Below are positions 17,354-26,918 of a DNA stretch of 44,857 bases, in pieces (the first letter of the stretch is position 1; every line of letters begins with the position of its first letter). The stretch comes from a virus, in UHGV virus genome UHGV-0186980; one strand, given 5' to 3'. The notes under the pieces are model-generated. The model was not told the DNA's origin. It did not search any database and saw only the letters and a list, made by a program, of their open reading frames with translations. The position numbers and the translations under genes are program-made.

Positions 17354-18616
17354 TTAACGAGCCAGAATCGCTTCAATCTTAGCCAGTTGTTTTGCCGTCG
17401 GAATTTTATCGCCTGGCAGGATTTGATTGCTGTCGACCATGTTCAGTGGTGTCAGATATCTGTCCCCGCCCTCAATCGGCGGCAGGTTTTCCATGCGGCG
17501 AATATCGTTGGTCGATAACCAGCCCCACTGACGACCCAGCGCATATGACTCATAGCGCGATTTCTGGTCGCCACGCAGTAAGCCGGAAACGTTGAATTCG
17601 ATATACAAGTCGCGGCGTTCGCTGGCCAGCAATAAATCACGCTGCAGTGCCCCTTCATGGCGTTTCAGCCAGGCGAGGAGCGTATACATCACGAACTGCA
17701 GACCCTGATGCTCGATGTTGTTATTGGTCGCTTTCGCAAGCATTTGCACCATGTGTGGCGGGATTTTGTAGAGCCGACACACTTCCTCCACGCCCCACTG
17801 GCGCGATTGCAGCAGCTGTGCTTTCTCGTTGTCCTGCGACATCTGCTTGTAGCTCATTCCTTCTTGCAGCAGCGCCACAGAAAAGGCATTACGCATACCA
17901 GAATATCGGTCAGTCCATTTAGCCAGTAGCTGGTCTATCTTCTCCTGGCTCTTGATTGCCGGGGCGGCCTGTGGACGCTCGATAACGCCGCTCATCGTTG
18001 TTCCGCGCCGGAATGTGGCAGATGCATGCTCCTCCACTGCCAGATTCAGCCCGAGTACATCTGCGTTCGTCTGAATCGGTGAACTGCCGATATAGCCATC
18101 CAGAGAAAAGACTTTCACATGGTGCACCATGCGCATCGGTAACGTTTCACCGATGTCCGGGATTTCATAATAGGGCATCCCGTCCGGGCCTTTCAGAACA
18201 ATGACCTTTTTCGGGTTAATTGGGATGAGTTCTTTTGGGTAGCCTCTACCGTCACGGTCGATGATCGAGTAGCAATTGCCCTCCAGCCCCAGCAACCCCT
18301 GCTGCTGCTCAAAGTACTCAAATGAAGTGTCTTTTTTGTTTGGCTGAGAATGAATCAGGTCATAAATCGGGTGGTCTGTCGCACGTTGCCGCCCACCATT
18401 TTTATCTCGTCGATAGAGTTCGACAGGCAGCTGCGCGACGGACTCCGCCAGGAGGGTTACGCACGCACGAACAGCAGAAAGTGCAAGCGCCGTTTCCGGC
18501 GTAATCATGACACCGGCTTTACTGTGACTTGAACGGACACCACCCAGCATTGCTTCCCAGAATCCGCCACCTGATACCGACCGCTTTTTACCTTCAAACA
18601 TCTGGGGAATAAACAT
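17354..18616 (-). CDS. Portal protein (HK97-family)
   Basis: 420 aa, downstream of large terminase. Confidence 0.8.
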   Translation of the reverse strand: MFIPQMFEGKKRSVSGGGFWEAMLGGVRSSHSKAGVMITPETALALSAVRACVTLLAESVAQLPVELYRRDKNGGRQRATDHPIYDLIHSQPNKKDTSFEYFEQQQGLLGLEGNCYSIIDRDGRGYPKELIPINPKKVIVLKGPDGMPYYEIPDIGETLPMRMVHHVKVFSLDGYIGSSPIQTNADVLGLNLAVEEHASATFRRGTTMSGVIERPQAAPAIKSQEKIDQLLAKWTDRYSGMRNAFSVALLQEGMSYKQMSQDNEKAQLLQSRQWGVEEVCRLYKIPPHMVQMLAKATNNNIEHQGLQFVMYTLLAWLKRHEGALQRDLLLASERRDLYIEFNVSGLLRGDQKSRYESYALGRQWGWLSTNDIRRMENLPPIEGGDRYLTPLNMVDSNQILPGDKIPTAKQLAKIEAILAR

Positions 18617-18795
18617 TATTTCTCCCCGCTATTTTTTGCGCTGGCGGATACCGAGCGCGCGATTAAAAAAGACCAAAGCAGACAGAGTATTCCGCCTGTG
18701 ATAAACCCCGCTGCAGGTAATAAAAGCCAGGCTCCGGTAGAAACCAATAAAGCCCCGGCAAGGCCAATAATGAAACTCAGAATTGTGATTAGCAC
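18616..18795 (-). CDS. Possible small membrane protein (59 aa, GTG start), translationally coupled between terminase and portal
   Basis: GTG overlapping terminase 3' end; product VLITILSFIIGLAGALLVSTGAWLLLPAAGFITGGILCLLWSFLIARSVSASAKNSGEK; TAATG overlap with portal start; below track length threshold. Confidence 0.3.
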   Translation of the reverse strand: MLITILSFIIGLAGALLVSTGAWLLLPAAGFITGGILCLLWSFLIARSVSASAKNSGEK

Positions 18796-20510
18796 GCTAC
18801 GTCTTCCTCATCATAGATAGATTTGATGACTGCGCTGTTCAACATGGCGCGCCCTATCCCCATCATTAAACCAACCGCACCATCAATCTTGTTTTGTTTC
18901 CCCTCCTTTGTCGGACGGACAATATCGTCGCTGCCCGGCAAATACCGACCTACAACGTTCTGGATGCACCAGTTCATGATGGGATTTCCGTCATGATGGA
19001 ATCGCCCCGACGCCAGTGCAGCTTCAATCTCTCTCATGGGGTCGCTCATATGGGTGAAGTTCTGTCTGATTTCGACGGGTTCCAGTCCCTCTTCCTCAAG
19101 CAGATGGCGCAAGGAAGTGGCACCATAAGGATCGATAGGACACTGGGCGATTTTCACGTTCTGACGTAACTGCAGGATGGATTCGAAAATCAGCCGATAA
19201 TCTACTTCTGCGCCCTCAGTTGGAATTAAAACGCCCTGTCCCACAAAGGACTGATAACGTTCAGAGGTATGCTTAAGCTTCGGGTCGACAGAATAGATGG
19301 TGTCTTCAGGCACCCAGAACATAGGGCCTACGCAGTAGAAATGGGTAATACCTTCTATATCGCGACGAAAAACAGGAATAACGGCGTTAAGATCGACCTT
19401 TGACGCTAGATCTATTCCCAGCCAGCATTCCTCATCGGCAAAATCAGACAATTTCAGACTCTTGTCAGCAGCAGCCATCCATTTCTGTAAATCGTAAAAG
19501 ACTGTTTTTGCGCTAACCCAACGATTAAAATGCTTGGTCAGGATCTTGTTGGTCTGACTGGGGTTCGATATCGCCAGTAACTGTTTTGCGCGAAGAAAGT
19601 GCTCTTTTACCGATATCCCATAATTGGGATTGGCTTTAATGAGCGCTTCCGGCTGAGTCCAGTCATCATCATCATCCAGACCATAGATGATGCCGAAAAT
19701 GCCCTCATTCTCTTCCCCATTGCGGGTTTTGCGCAGGATCTCCACCACCTGTTCCCGCTTCTCATAGCACGGCGATGTAATGTCATAACCGGCTGTCGTG
19801 ATGATGAGCGTAATGGGTTGCTCGCGAGCCCCCATCCCTGTCGTCATCGTGGTATACAGGGCATCGGTAATATGTTCGTGGTATTCGTCGATAATGGCGC
19901 ATGACGGCGAATCACCGTCACCGGGATCGCCAATCACGGGTGCAAATATGGAGCCATCCGGGCGAGTCATTTTTTTTGCCCAGGGCTTTATAGAAAATTT
20001 CTGCCGCAATGCGGGCAGCTTTTTCACCATCAACAACGCCGGAGCAAACACTTTCCAGGCCTGCTTTTCGGTCGTGGCGCCGCAGTACACTTCCGCACCA
20101 TGTTCACCGTCAGCGCAGAACATATAATTGCCAACGGCAGCGGCAATTGCTGATTTGCCGTTCTTTCTAGGAACTTCGATATAGATCTCAGTGAACCGCC
20201 GCAGGCCACTTTTTTTATTTACCCAGCCAAACGGAACACCCAGGGCAAACTTTTGCCAGGGTTCAAATTCTATCCTGAGTTTTCGGCGGGCCCATTCCCC
20301 TGCGGTATGTGGCATTTTTTGTGCAAAACGAAGAAATCGCTCTGCCTTATTTTTATCGAACCGGTAAGGCCAGTTCGGATCCTTCGCGCGTTCCAGGTCA
20401 TCAAGATGTCGCTTGCAGGCAAGAATAGTTAACTGACATGCCAGAATCTTCCCGCCAACGATATCCCGTGCATACTGGTTCGCCGCATTGACGTTCGGAT
20501 ATGTGGCCAT
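18789..20510 (-). CDS. Terminase large subunit
   Basis: 573 aa; ATPase N-terminal region and nuclease C-terminal region; upstream of portal. Confidence 0.85.
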   Translation of the reverse strand: MATYPNVNAANQYARDIVGGKILACQLTILACKRHLDDLERAKDPNWPYRFDKNKAERFLRFAQKMPHTAGEWARRKLRIEFEPWQKFALGVPFGWVNKKSGLRRFTEIYIEVPRKNGKSAIAAAVGNYMFCADGEHGAEVYCGATTEKQAWKVFAPALLMVKKLPALRQKFSIKPWAKKMTRPDGSIFAPVIGDPGDGDSPSCAIIDEYHEHITDALYTTMTTGMGAREQPITLIITTAGYDITSPCYEKREQVVEILRKTRNGEENEGIFGIIYGLDDDDDWTQPEALIKANPNYGISVKEHFLRAKQLLAISNPSQTNKILTKHFNRWVSAKTVFYDLQKWMAAADKSLKLSDFADEECWLGIDLASKVDLNAVIPVFRRDIEGITHFYCVGPMFWVPEDTIYSVDPKLKHTSERYQSFVGQGVLIPTEGAEVDYRLIFESILQLRQNVKIAQCPIDPYGATSLRHLLEEEGLEPVEIRQNFTHMSDPMREIEAALASGRFHHDGNPIMNWCIQNVVGRYLPGSDDIVRPTKEGKQNKIDGAVGLMMGIGRAMLNSAVIKSIYDEEDVAC

Positions 20511-20944
20511 CAGTCAAACTCATCAAATTCATTCCCGTCATCGTCCTGATCATTTTTGCCGCTGGTCATTCGGATACGGCTGAGCGGATCTAACCCCAGT
20601 AGCGAGCCCAGACGGGCTATCTGGGAAACAGAGTCATTTCTGACGTTTACGGCAGGATGTTTTTTTAACCCTCCCATTTCGCTTTCAGTTGTCAGCCCGT
20701 TAGCCAGTAATTTTTCGGCTTCGAGCATCAGATGGAAGGCGTTGCAGTAAGCCAGAAGTAAAGGGGCATCTTCAAGCTCAAAAACGCCTCTTTCGATCAG
20801 GATTTTACTTTGAGTCTTCCATATTCTTATAGCCGCCTCCCCCATCAACTCAGCCGGGGGCGCGATTCGGGTCAGTTTACTTTTTTGCCCGGTGGGTAAA
20901 ACGGGTTTTCTTCCCCCTCCAGACGATCTAATACCAGCAGCCAT
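20510..20944 (-). CDS. Terminase small subunit (P27-like)
   Basis: 144 aa, acidic C-terminus, overlaps TerL start (ATGA). Confidence 0.6.
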   Translation of the reverse strand: MAAGIRSSGGGRKPVLPTGQKSKLTRIAPPAELMGEAAIRIWKTQSKILIERGVFELEDAPLLLAYCNAFHLMLEAEKLLANGLTTESEMGGLKKHPAVNVRNDSVSQIARLGSLLGLDPLSRIRMTSGKNDQDDDGNEFDEFD

Positions 20945-21081
20945 AACTCCTCTTTTGATAGGTGAAACCTGCCGGAAAAAAGATCCTTATTTCTGGCGTG
21001 TAAAAATGTCCTTCAAGCGGCAGTCCCAAAGCGCGAAAGGGGTCAGGGATTTGATCCCCCCTACCCCTGGCGGCAGCTGCC

Positions 21082-21294
21082 TCAGTCGAGGTGGAAGTCG
21101 TCATTCAGGTTGCGCCGACGACCGCTGCTCGCGTTGTGTGGGCAGGCACTCGAGTTATGCCCGGACTGACCGCAATAACTGCAGCGCAAATTGGCGCGAC
21201 GTGAGGAACCACCCCACGTTTTCGGGCAGTTCGCGTATGTATGAAGCTGTGAACCGCAATAAGTACAGCGGGTATAACCCATCATGCCCTCCAT
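21082..21294 (-). CDS. Small protein with two CX2CX4HX4C zinc-knuckle motifs
   Basis: RCTYCGSQLHTYANCP and RCSYCGQSGHNSSACP. Confidence 0.5.
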   Translation of the reverse strand: MEGMMGYTRCTYCGSQLHTYANCPKTWGGSSRRANLRCSYCGQSGHNSSACPHNASSGRRRNLNDDFHLD

Positions 21295-21312
21295 TCATTA
21301 AGAATGCCGTTA

Positions 21313-21753
21313 TCAGGTTTCAGTTGGTGCCGGTGCAACGCCACCATCAGCCTGCAGCACACTTTCCGGCAAACGCTCAATCAGCGGGGCATTCTCAAAT
21401 ACTTTGAGACCGTACTGGCCAACCCAAGTGCTTTCCTGCCCAACGCTGCCAGAGATGAAGTCCATCACTTCTGCCAACAGCTCTTTAACCAGAGCCTCCG
21501 TACGCGTCCGCCAGTGGCCTTCAATGGCGACCAGGAGAGGATCTGAACCGTTGGCAATACTTTGCTTGCCTACCGAGTAGGTTTTCTTTTTCGCCTTATC
21601 GGTCACACACTGCAGCTGTGTCATCAGGGCCAGAACAGCAATCGGAGTTGTATCGCGGACTTCGATAGTCATCGTGGCCAGCTTGTTACCCGATTCAGCA
21701 TCAGTGGATGATGCGTAGTACATTGAAATGGTTAAATCATCACGACTGAACAT
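21313..21753 (-). CDS. Hypothetical protein (146 aa)
   Basis: ORF between HNH and terminase small subunit; no motif recognised. Confidence 0.45.
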   Translation of the reverse strand: MFSRDDLTISMYYASSTDAESGNKLATMTIEVRDTTPIAVLALMTQLQCVTDKAKKKTYSVGKQSIANGSDPLLVAIEGHWRTRTEALVKELLAEVMDFISGSVGQESTWVGQYGLKVFENAPLIERLPESVLQADGGVAPAPTET

Positions 21754-21755
21754 GA

Positions 21756-22052
21756 TTAATGGCTCCGGTTACGGTTGCGATTTTTATTGCGGTTACGCTG
21801 ATGGCGCGGTGCGGTTTCGGCTGGCAGGTGCTCGCCTTCGAACGCTTGCGCTGGCTCTTGCGGTTGCGGTTGCGGTTGAGCGGGAACCAGTCCCTCGGGA
21901 ATTTCACCACCTACCTCAAACTTGAGATGCGGTTCTTTCCCCAAGAAATGGCTGAAGTTCAGGCCCGATAGTCCTGCATTGAGCATCGAGATCCCCTCGA
22001 CATCAACGGTAACGAGTTGGCCATCAACGTATTCAATTTTTAAATTCTTCAT
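21756..22052 (-). CDS. Hypothetical protein with Pro/Gln-rich and basic NRNKNRNRNR tail (start refined to ATG 22052)
   Basis: MKNLKIEYVDGQLVTV...; ATGA overlap with HNH stop. Confidence 0.45.
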   Translation of the reverse strand: MKNLKIEYVDGQLVTVDVEGISMLNAGLSGLNFSHFLGKEPHLKFEVGGEIPEGLVPAQPQPQPQEPAQAFEGEHLPAETAPRHQRNRNKNRNRNRSH

Positions 22053-22411
22053 CGTGTTCTCTCTGTTGCGGTTTTCGTTCTGTGGCACGGCCAGCACAAC
22101 GATTCCAGATTGTAATTGTCATCAGTACCGCCGTGGGCTTTAGGAATGATGTGGTCGACGCTGGTAGCTTTTGTGGCGATACCGTGGCGTCGGCAGTTCT
22201 GGCAAAGGTATTTGTCGCGCACGAGTATCTGGGCACGAATGATTTCCCAGGAACGACCGTATCCGCGTTGCTGTCGGGTTTTTCCGGTCTGATAGTTACG
22301 CCAGCCATCGCCAGTGTGTTGCTGCCGATGGATCTCGCAGTATCTAGTGGCGTCATTCGTCACTGCCGCGCATCCTCTGTGCCGGCAAGGTCGTTTAGCT
22401 CGTGGTGGCAT
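22049..22411 (-). CDS. HNH endonuclease (terminase-associated)
   Basis: VDHIIPKAHGG...NLESLCWPCH HNH motif; start refined to MPPRAKRP (track start is upstream junk). Confidence 0.8.
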   Translation of the reverse strand: MPPRAKRPCRHRGCAAVTNDATRYCEIHRQQHTGDGWRNYQTGKTRQQRGYGRSWEIIRAQILVRDKYLCQNCRRHGIATKATSVDHIIPKAHGGTDDNYNLESLCWPCHRTKTATERTR

Positions 22412-22556
22412 ACACATCCTCAAGCATGAATTTGGAGAGAGTAAAAGCGGCACTGTCGATGGGGAACTCTGAAACTGGCAACGATGCGAATGACAAATCG
22501 TCATACGAAATCACCACCAGCTTCCCTCCTACGTATTCAATTTTTAAGCTCTTCAT
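22395..22556 (-). pseudogene. Short paralogous copy (53 codons) of the N-terminus of the 21756..22052 gene, upstream of HNH
   Basis: MKSLKIEYVGGKLVVI... vs MKNLKIEYVDGQLVTV...; 24-nt near-identical DNA at 22533-22556 and 22029-22052. Confidence 0.35.
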
Positions 22557-22730
22557 CATGTGGCATCACGAATACAAAAAGCCCCGCAGATGCGAGGCTA
22601 CTGGTTATACATCAGGGTGTTATTGATAGAGAGCAGCGTGTAAGGTTATCGCTCAGCCGCCTGTGGTGGGACACAGGTAGATATTGTAATTGCAGAGGGA
22701 TAGCTGATTAGCTCTGCTTAAGGAATAGAA

Positions 22731-22931
22731 ATGATTAAAAAGAATATGCACCTTCAAATGGAATCAAATGCCCAAACAATCGACGAATTGAACAAAGAAA
22801 TTGGGCAACTGAAATGTGTCGTTGGTTTCTTAATGACTCAATTACCACCGCAATCTAGGCAGGCTGTCATCAATAATCTTGAGGAGTTTGGACTTGATGA
22901 GTCAGTTAAGGAATTTACTCAGTTCCTTTGA
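22731..22931 (+). CDS. Hypothetical 66-aa protein
   Basis: ATG with AAGGAA RBS; AT-rich accessory region. Confidence 0.4.
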   Translation: MIKKNMHLQMESNAQTIDELNKEIGQLKCVVGFLMTQLPPQSRQAVINNLEEFGLDESVKEFTQFL

Positions 22932-23315
22932 ACAAGGCTTGACCTAATAAATTAATGTACCAGCCTTGAGAATTTTTGGGTTGTGTCCCAGGCGAAGTAG
23001 TGGACTCGCTTCCTTCGCCTGAAACATTTTTTGGGTTTGAAGTTTTGACGTTCAACGTTTTCAAGTTATTCCTCCTTATTACGATCCCCGCTAAGTGATA
23101 CAGACAGATTTATCCCTTGGTAGGGATAGATGTTCTCACCGATTCGTAAATCCGCTCACAGGTCATTCCTGCTTTGTAGCGTTCGTCTGCAATTGCAGCA
23201 TACGCCACGGGGATTAACTACTTATGTCTAACAATCGACAGTCTCATTGTTACAGCCATTAAAAAAACCACCCATGTGGAGTGCCCCCCGAAATGTGGCC
23301 TATCTGATCGCTATG

Positions 23316-23445
23316 AAAAAGGCCGCAAAAGAGATGCGGCCTTTTGTCATGCACAGTTATCGATTAAATAAACTCTCAGGAGCCATCCGGGAGAGCATCA
23401 CTTAAACGGGTAACTGACCTCCGACAGACTGGTGTTGGGACGGAG
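23316..23445. repeat. Imperfect direct repeat copy 1 (~130 bp) containing terminator-like hairpin GGCCGCAAAAGAGATGCGGCC and CTCTCAGGAGCCATCCGGGAGAG
   Basis: Blocks shared with 24610-24740: AAAAAGGCCGCAAAA..ATGCG.CCTTT, CTCTCAGGAGCCA.CCGGGAGAG, TAACTGACC. Confidence 0.55.
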
Positions 23446-23790
23446 GTGCAATGAGAGTAGTGTGTTTCATTTTTTTTCATACCAGCAAACACAAAATAAT
23501 GGCAGTTCTTCCTGTTAATCGATAACTGCTATTCAATTAGTCTGGCCAGACGGATGATTATCCTGCCAGGAGTTATCACACTCACACAATGAAAATCTTT
23601 AAAAAAAATCCTTAGCCGGTTCACTCGCCTTCGAACAGGTGCAATGACCTTGCTCTGACGAAATTAGCTTTAATCGTTCGTTGCCATCTTCCGTACAAAC
23701 AAAATAGTCACAAAAAAATAAAGGTTAAAAAGTGAGCTATTTACTGTCCTGTGGTGTATGGTTAGCAATCACTCACGAGGATAAAAACCA

Positions 23791-23961
23791 TGGCGATGCT
23801 CAAAGACAAGATACGTACACTCAGACCTGTAAAAAGCACCTGTCCTCACTGCTCTCGCCAGTCAACACATAGCCTGTCGAGAATAAAAAACGATATAACA
23901 TTGATCTGCCCATACTGCGGAAATATTTTCCTCCCCTCAGAAAGTAAACCTGTTAAGTAAC
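23791..23961 (+). CDS. Small zinc-ribbon protein (CX2C-x18-CX2C), 56 aa
   Basis: MAMLKDKIRTLRPVKSTCPHCSRQ...LICPYCGNIF; GAGGA RBS 8 nt upstream. Confidence 0.45.
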
Positions 23962-24203
23962 TGATCGAATACTTTACTGAAGCTGAAGTCCACTCTCAGG
24001 CTTCAGTAAACGAAACGACTTAGCAATCAGCGTCAGGACGCGCTACAGCCTGTATCCAGCAGACCGCAAAAATAACGGCTCACTCCTTTCAGGCGATTCA
24101 TTCGCTCAAAATCACCAGGAGTTAACATGCTTCTTCTCCTGCTTCTGATAATCAAAAAACCGCAAATGCGAGGTTTATTTGGTAAATATTGGTTTACCTG
24201 AAC

Positions 24204-24473
24204 CTAGGAATAATAGGCTGCGAAATGCTCCTCAACCTGCGCCCTTGTGTCTGCGCTCTCGTTTAATGTCAATGAGTCATAACCCTTAATGTGAAAAACA
24301 GGTTCATATGCATAAACAGTAATCAATGCGTAAATTGCATTGTCAGTACCAGAAAAAATCTCATATTTCACACGCGACAGGCGCTTATGTTCATTAACTA
24401 ACATGTATGTTTCGATAAGCTTATGAGTAACCACGTTTTTTCCTTCATGACAAAAAAATCCCCTTTTAACCAT
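24204..24473 (-). CDS. Hypothetical 89-aa protein
   Basis: ORF in AT-rich cassette; no motif recognised. Confidence 0.4.
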   Translation of the reverse strand: MVKRGFFCHEGKNVVTHKLIETYMLVNEHKRLSRVKYEIFSGTDNAIYALITVYAYEPVFHIKGYDSLTLNESADTRAQVEEHFAAYYS

Positions 24474-24609
24474 ACGCGTTAGGAGCTAAGAATTGAAATT
24501 ATTAGCATTATCGAAGCCACTCGGCAGAATGGTCTCTGTGATGCATTTGCATTTGCATTTATCTTTGCCATGCGTACAAGCAAAATGGTGGCCTTACGGA
24601 TGCCTGTTA

Positions 24610-24740
24610 CGCACAATAAAAAAGGCCGCAAAAAAATGCGACCTTTGGTTAGTACCAGTTAGAAAACTAAAATCTCTCAGGAGCCACCCGGGAGAGGCTT
24701 TTCTGTTTTTTAACTGACCACTGCCGTTTCGGTGTTGACT
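24610..24740. repeat. Imperfect direct repeat copy 2 (~130 bp)
   Basis: See copy 1 at 23316-23445. Confidence 0.55.
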
Positions 24741-24918
24741 GGCAGTGATAACGTGATGATAGCTTCATTTAAGTTATCGATATCATTTAAATATCTAAAG
24801 AACTATTTAAACCAATAATTCTCAACTCGCCGGAACATTCAACCATAGAAACAGGTTTCTATGCTGGTCTTTTGATGGTAAGCATCAATTCACCACAACC
24901 AGCTTAGTTGCTAATAAA

Positions 24919-25131
24919 TTATTCGGGGGTACCTTCAACGTTGAACCATAGATCTAAATGTTTAATGTAGCGCTGGATGGACACACAAATAACCACTCCA
25001 TCTTTAAGGTTAACAGACTTAATAACACATCCTTTCGGTGCAAAATACTCCCCATCATAATGGGGGCGAATGGAATGCTCGTCTCCGTAACGATAACCGT
25101 GCGGAAGTTGAGGGAGTGAATTTCTTGTCAT
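24919..25131 (-). CDS. Hypothetical 70-aa protein downstream of spanin genes
   Basis: ORF directly downstream of lysis cassette; no motif recognised. Confidence 0.4.
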   Translation of the reverse strand: MTRNSLPQLPHGYRYGDEHSIRPHYDGEYFAPKGCVIKSVNLKDGVVICVSIQRYIKHLDLWFNVEGTPE

Positions 25132-25298
25132 GGGCAGCTTCTTAGATAAAAGGAATTTGAAAATCCATAGTGCATTAGCAACCTTGACTTAGATACCAAC
25201 TTTTCATTGTTTACTGCTCTAATATCTCGTTTTCAGATTTTTTGTTCATACGATGATTTAAATATCAATACCTTAAGCGTGCGACATTTATATCTGAT

Positions 25299-25529
25299 TT
25301 ATCTTGCTCCCTTCTCTGTAAGCTGCGGGCAGTTGGCCTGCACGGATTTGTTGTACGCCAAGATGTCGCGCTTCGTCTGCTTATCCAGCACGTCAATATC
25401 GCGGTCAGTGAGATAGATAATTTTCGCCCACAGGCACCCTGTATCAACGACCACCGGGGCGGGTGAATTGCTCGCGCAGCTCACGATCAACATCGTCATC
25501 AGGCATATGGCTAACAGTCTGCTGTACAT
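25299..25529 (-). CDS. o-spanin (Rz1-like outer-membrane lipoprotein), overlapping the 3' end of the i-spanin gene
   Basis: MYSRLLAICLMTMLIVSCAS lipobox; alternate frame overlapping Rz-like gene. Confidence 0.6.
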   Translation of the reverse strand: MYSRLLAICLMTMLIVSCASNSPAPVVVDTGCLWAKIIYLTDRDIDVLDKQTKRDILAYNKSVQANCPQLTEKGAR

Positions 25530-25722
25530 CACTGGCCTCCCTGGTGGCTTCCTCTTTCCGTTCTGCCGCAGCGACTCTGGCGGCGGCATCCTCTTCTGTA
25601 CGTTTCTTCTCAGATTCCGCTACGGCTTTTTCACGACCGCTCATTCTGCCCAAACCAAATACACCCATGAGCAGAAGAACTGCCGCAGTGAGAAATGCCA
25701 GAATGGCTTTAATTTGCGTCAT
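25444..25722 (-). CDS. i-spanin (Rz-like)
   Basis: N-terminal TM helix then charged coiled coil; directly downstream of endolysin. Confidence 0.65.
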   Translation of the reverse strand: MTQIKAILAFLTAAVLLLMGVFGLGRMSGREKAVAESEKKRTEEDAAARVAAAERKEEATREASDVQQTVSHMPDDDVDRELREQFTRPGGR

Positions 25723-26261
25723 AGCTTCACTCGCTCTTTCACCCAGCCATAAACGAACGACTCATTAGCCGAGCGCTGTTCAGCCAGTTCAAGATACCTT
25801 TGGCCCTGGCTGCAATTGAGAGCGCGCAGCAGCACTTCTTCACCTTCCTTACCCCGGGTATTCAGATAGGATTTCAAAGCATTGATGCTACGGGGTCCAA
25901 TCTGCCCGTCAGCAATAAGATCTGGATAAAGTTTCTGTTGATTGTTGAAAACGTTCAGCCAGCGCTGGAACCATTTCACCTGAACAGATGGCCCCATATT
26001 TACGCCTGTATCGCACAACTCTGCCGCAATTGATGGAGAAACTGTCGCAACCAGGTCAAAGCGCGGCCCATACCAGTAATCGGCTGAAAGGATATCCAGA
26101 GCCTGCTGACGAGTCAGATCACGCATATCGCCTGAATAACCATGGGCACGGGCAACGGCCTGAGTAATCCCCCAGTTAGTTGGACCACCCTTGTCGTTTG
26201 GATTGTTAACATAGCCACCCTCTTTACCGAGGATGCTGTTGAAAATATCTTCTTTAGTCAT
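25719..26261 (-). CDS. Endolysin (GH108-type lysozyme with peptidoglycan-binding domain)
   Basis: N-terminus MTKEDIFNSILGKEGGYVNNPNDKGGPTNWGIT typical of GH108 family as remembered. Confidence 0.75.
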   Translation of the reverse strand: MTKEDIFNSILGKEGGYVNNPNDKGGPTNWGITQAVARAHGYSGDMRDLTRQQALDILSADYWYGPRFDLVATVSPSIAAELCDTGVNMGPSVQVKWFQRWLNVFNNQQKLYPDLIADGQIGPRSINALKSYLNTRGKEGEEVLLRALNCSQGQRYLELAEQRSANESFVYGWVKERVKL

Positions 26262-26539
26262 TAATCCCTCAGTACATCAATCAGGCGCGCCACATTCCCT
26301 CTAAACCAGAGAACCGCAGCGCAGATAAGTATGTTCCCCAGCACCACCAGCCAGTTCGCTGACTCGTAAAGGCCGAACAGGAAACGAAATGGAATGCTGG
26401 CATACACCAGCACCATGAGATAAGCGATGATCGAAATTCCCGGGCGATGCCGCGCGCCATCACGCCGATAGAACATCAGGATCAGCACAATAACCGCACA
26501 AATCACAGCATTCACCAGAGCCGCCGGATTATTTACCAC
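26261..26539 (-). CDS. Holin/antiholin-like membrane protein
   Basis: 92 aa with 2-3 hydrophobic helices, immediately upstream of endolysin. Confidence 0.55.
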   Translation of the reverse strand: MVNNPAALVNAVICAVIVLILMFYRRDGARHRPGISIIAYLMVLVYASIPFRFLFGLYESANWLVVLGNILICAAVLWFRGNVARLIDVLRD

Positions 26540-26918
26540 TGGAGCCTCCTCCCCGTAGCCGGGTCAGCATACTGAACAAGCTATTCAGGTCCTGGCTATT
26601 TAGAAAAGTCAGCACCTTAATGATCAACGCAGAAATAATGACCGCACCCAGCGCATCAAGCGGGCGTTCTCTGTAACCGGTCCACACCGCTAACTTTGCC
26701 CCAAGCAAACCAGCGCCAAGTACGCCAACAATAAATGACGTAACGAAGTATGCTGCCAGACGCTTGCGGGTAATATCGGCCGCAGTTGCAACGTAAAACA
26801 CGGCACCGGCAAAAGCACCGAACACAACGCCATAATCAATTCCGGTTACCATGCCGAAAATACTGGCGCCCATGAGCCCGGCGGTCGCTATGGCAGTACC
26901 AGAAACAGGTTCGGACAT
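26529..26918 (-). CDS. Putative holin (multi-TM membrane protein)
   Basis: 129 aa, Gly/Ala-rich TM helices, first gene of lysis cassette. Confidence 0.55.
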   Translation of the reverse strand: MSEPVSGTAIATAGLMGASIFGMVTGIDYGVVFGAFAGAVFYVATAADITRKRLAAYFVTSFIVGVLGAGLLGAKLAVWTGYRERPLDALGAVIISALIIKVLTFLNSQDLNSLFSMLTRLRGGGSSGK

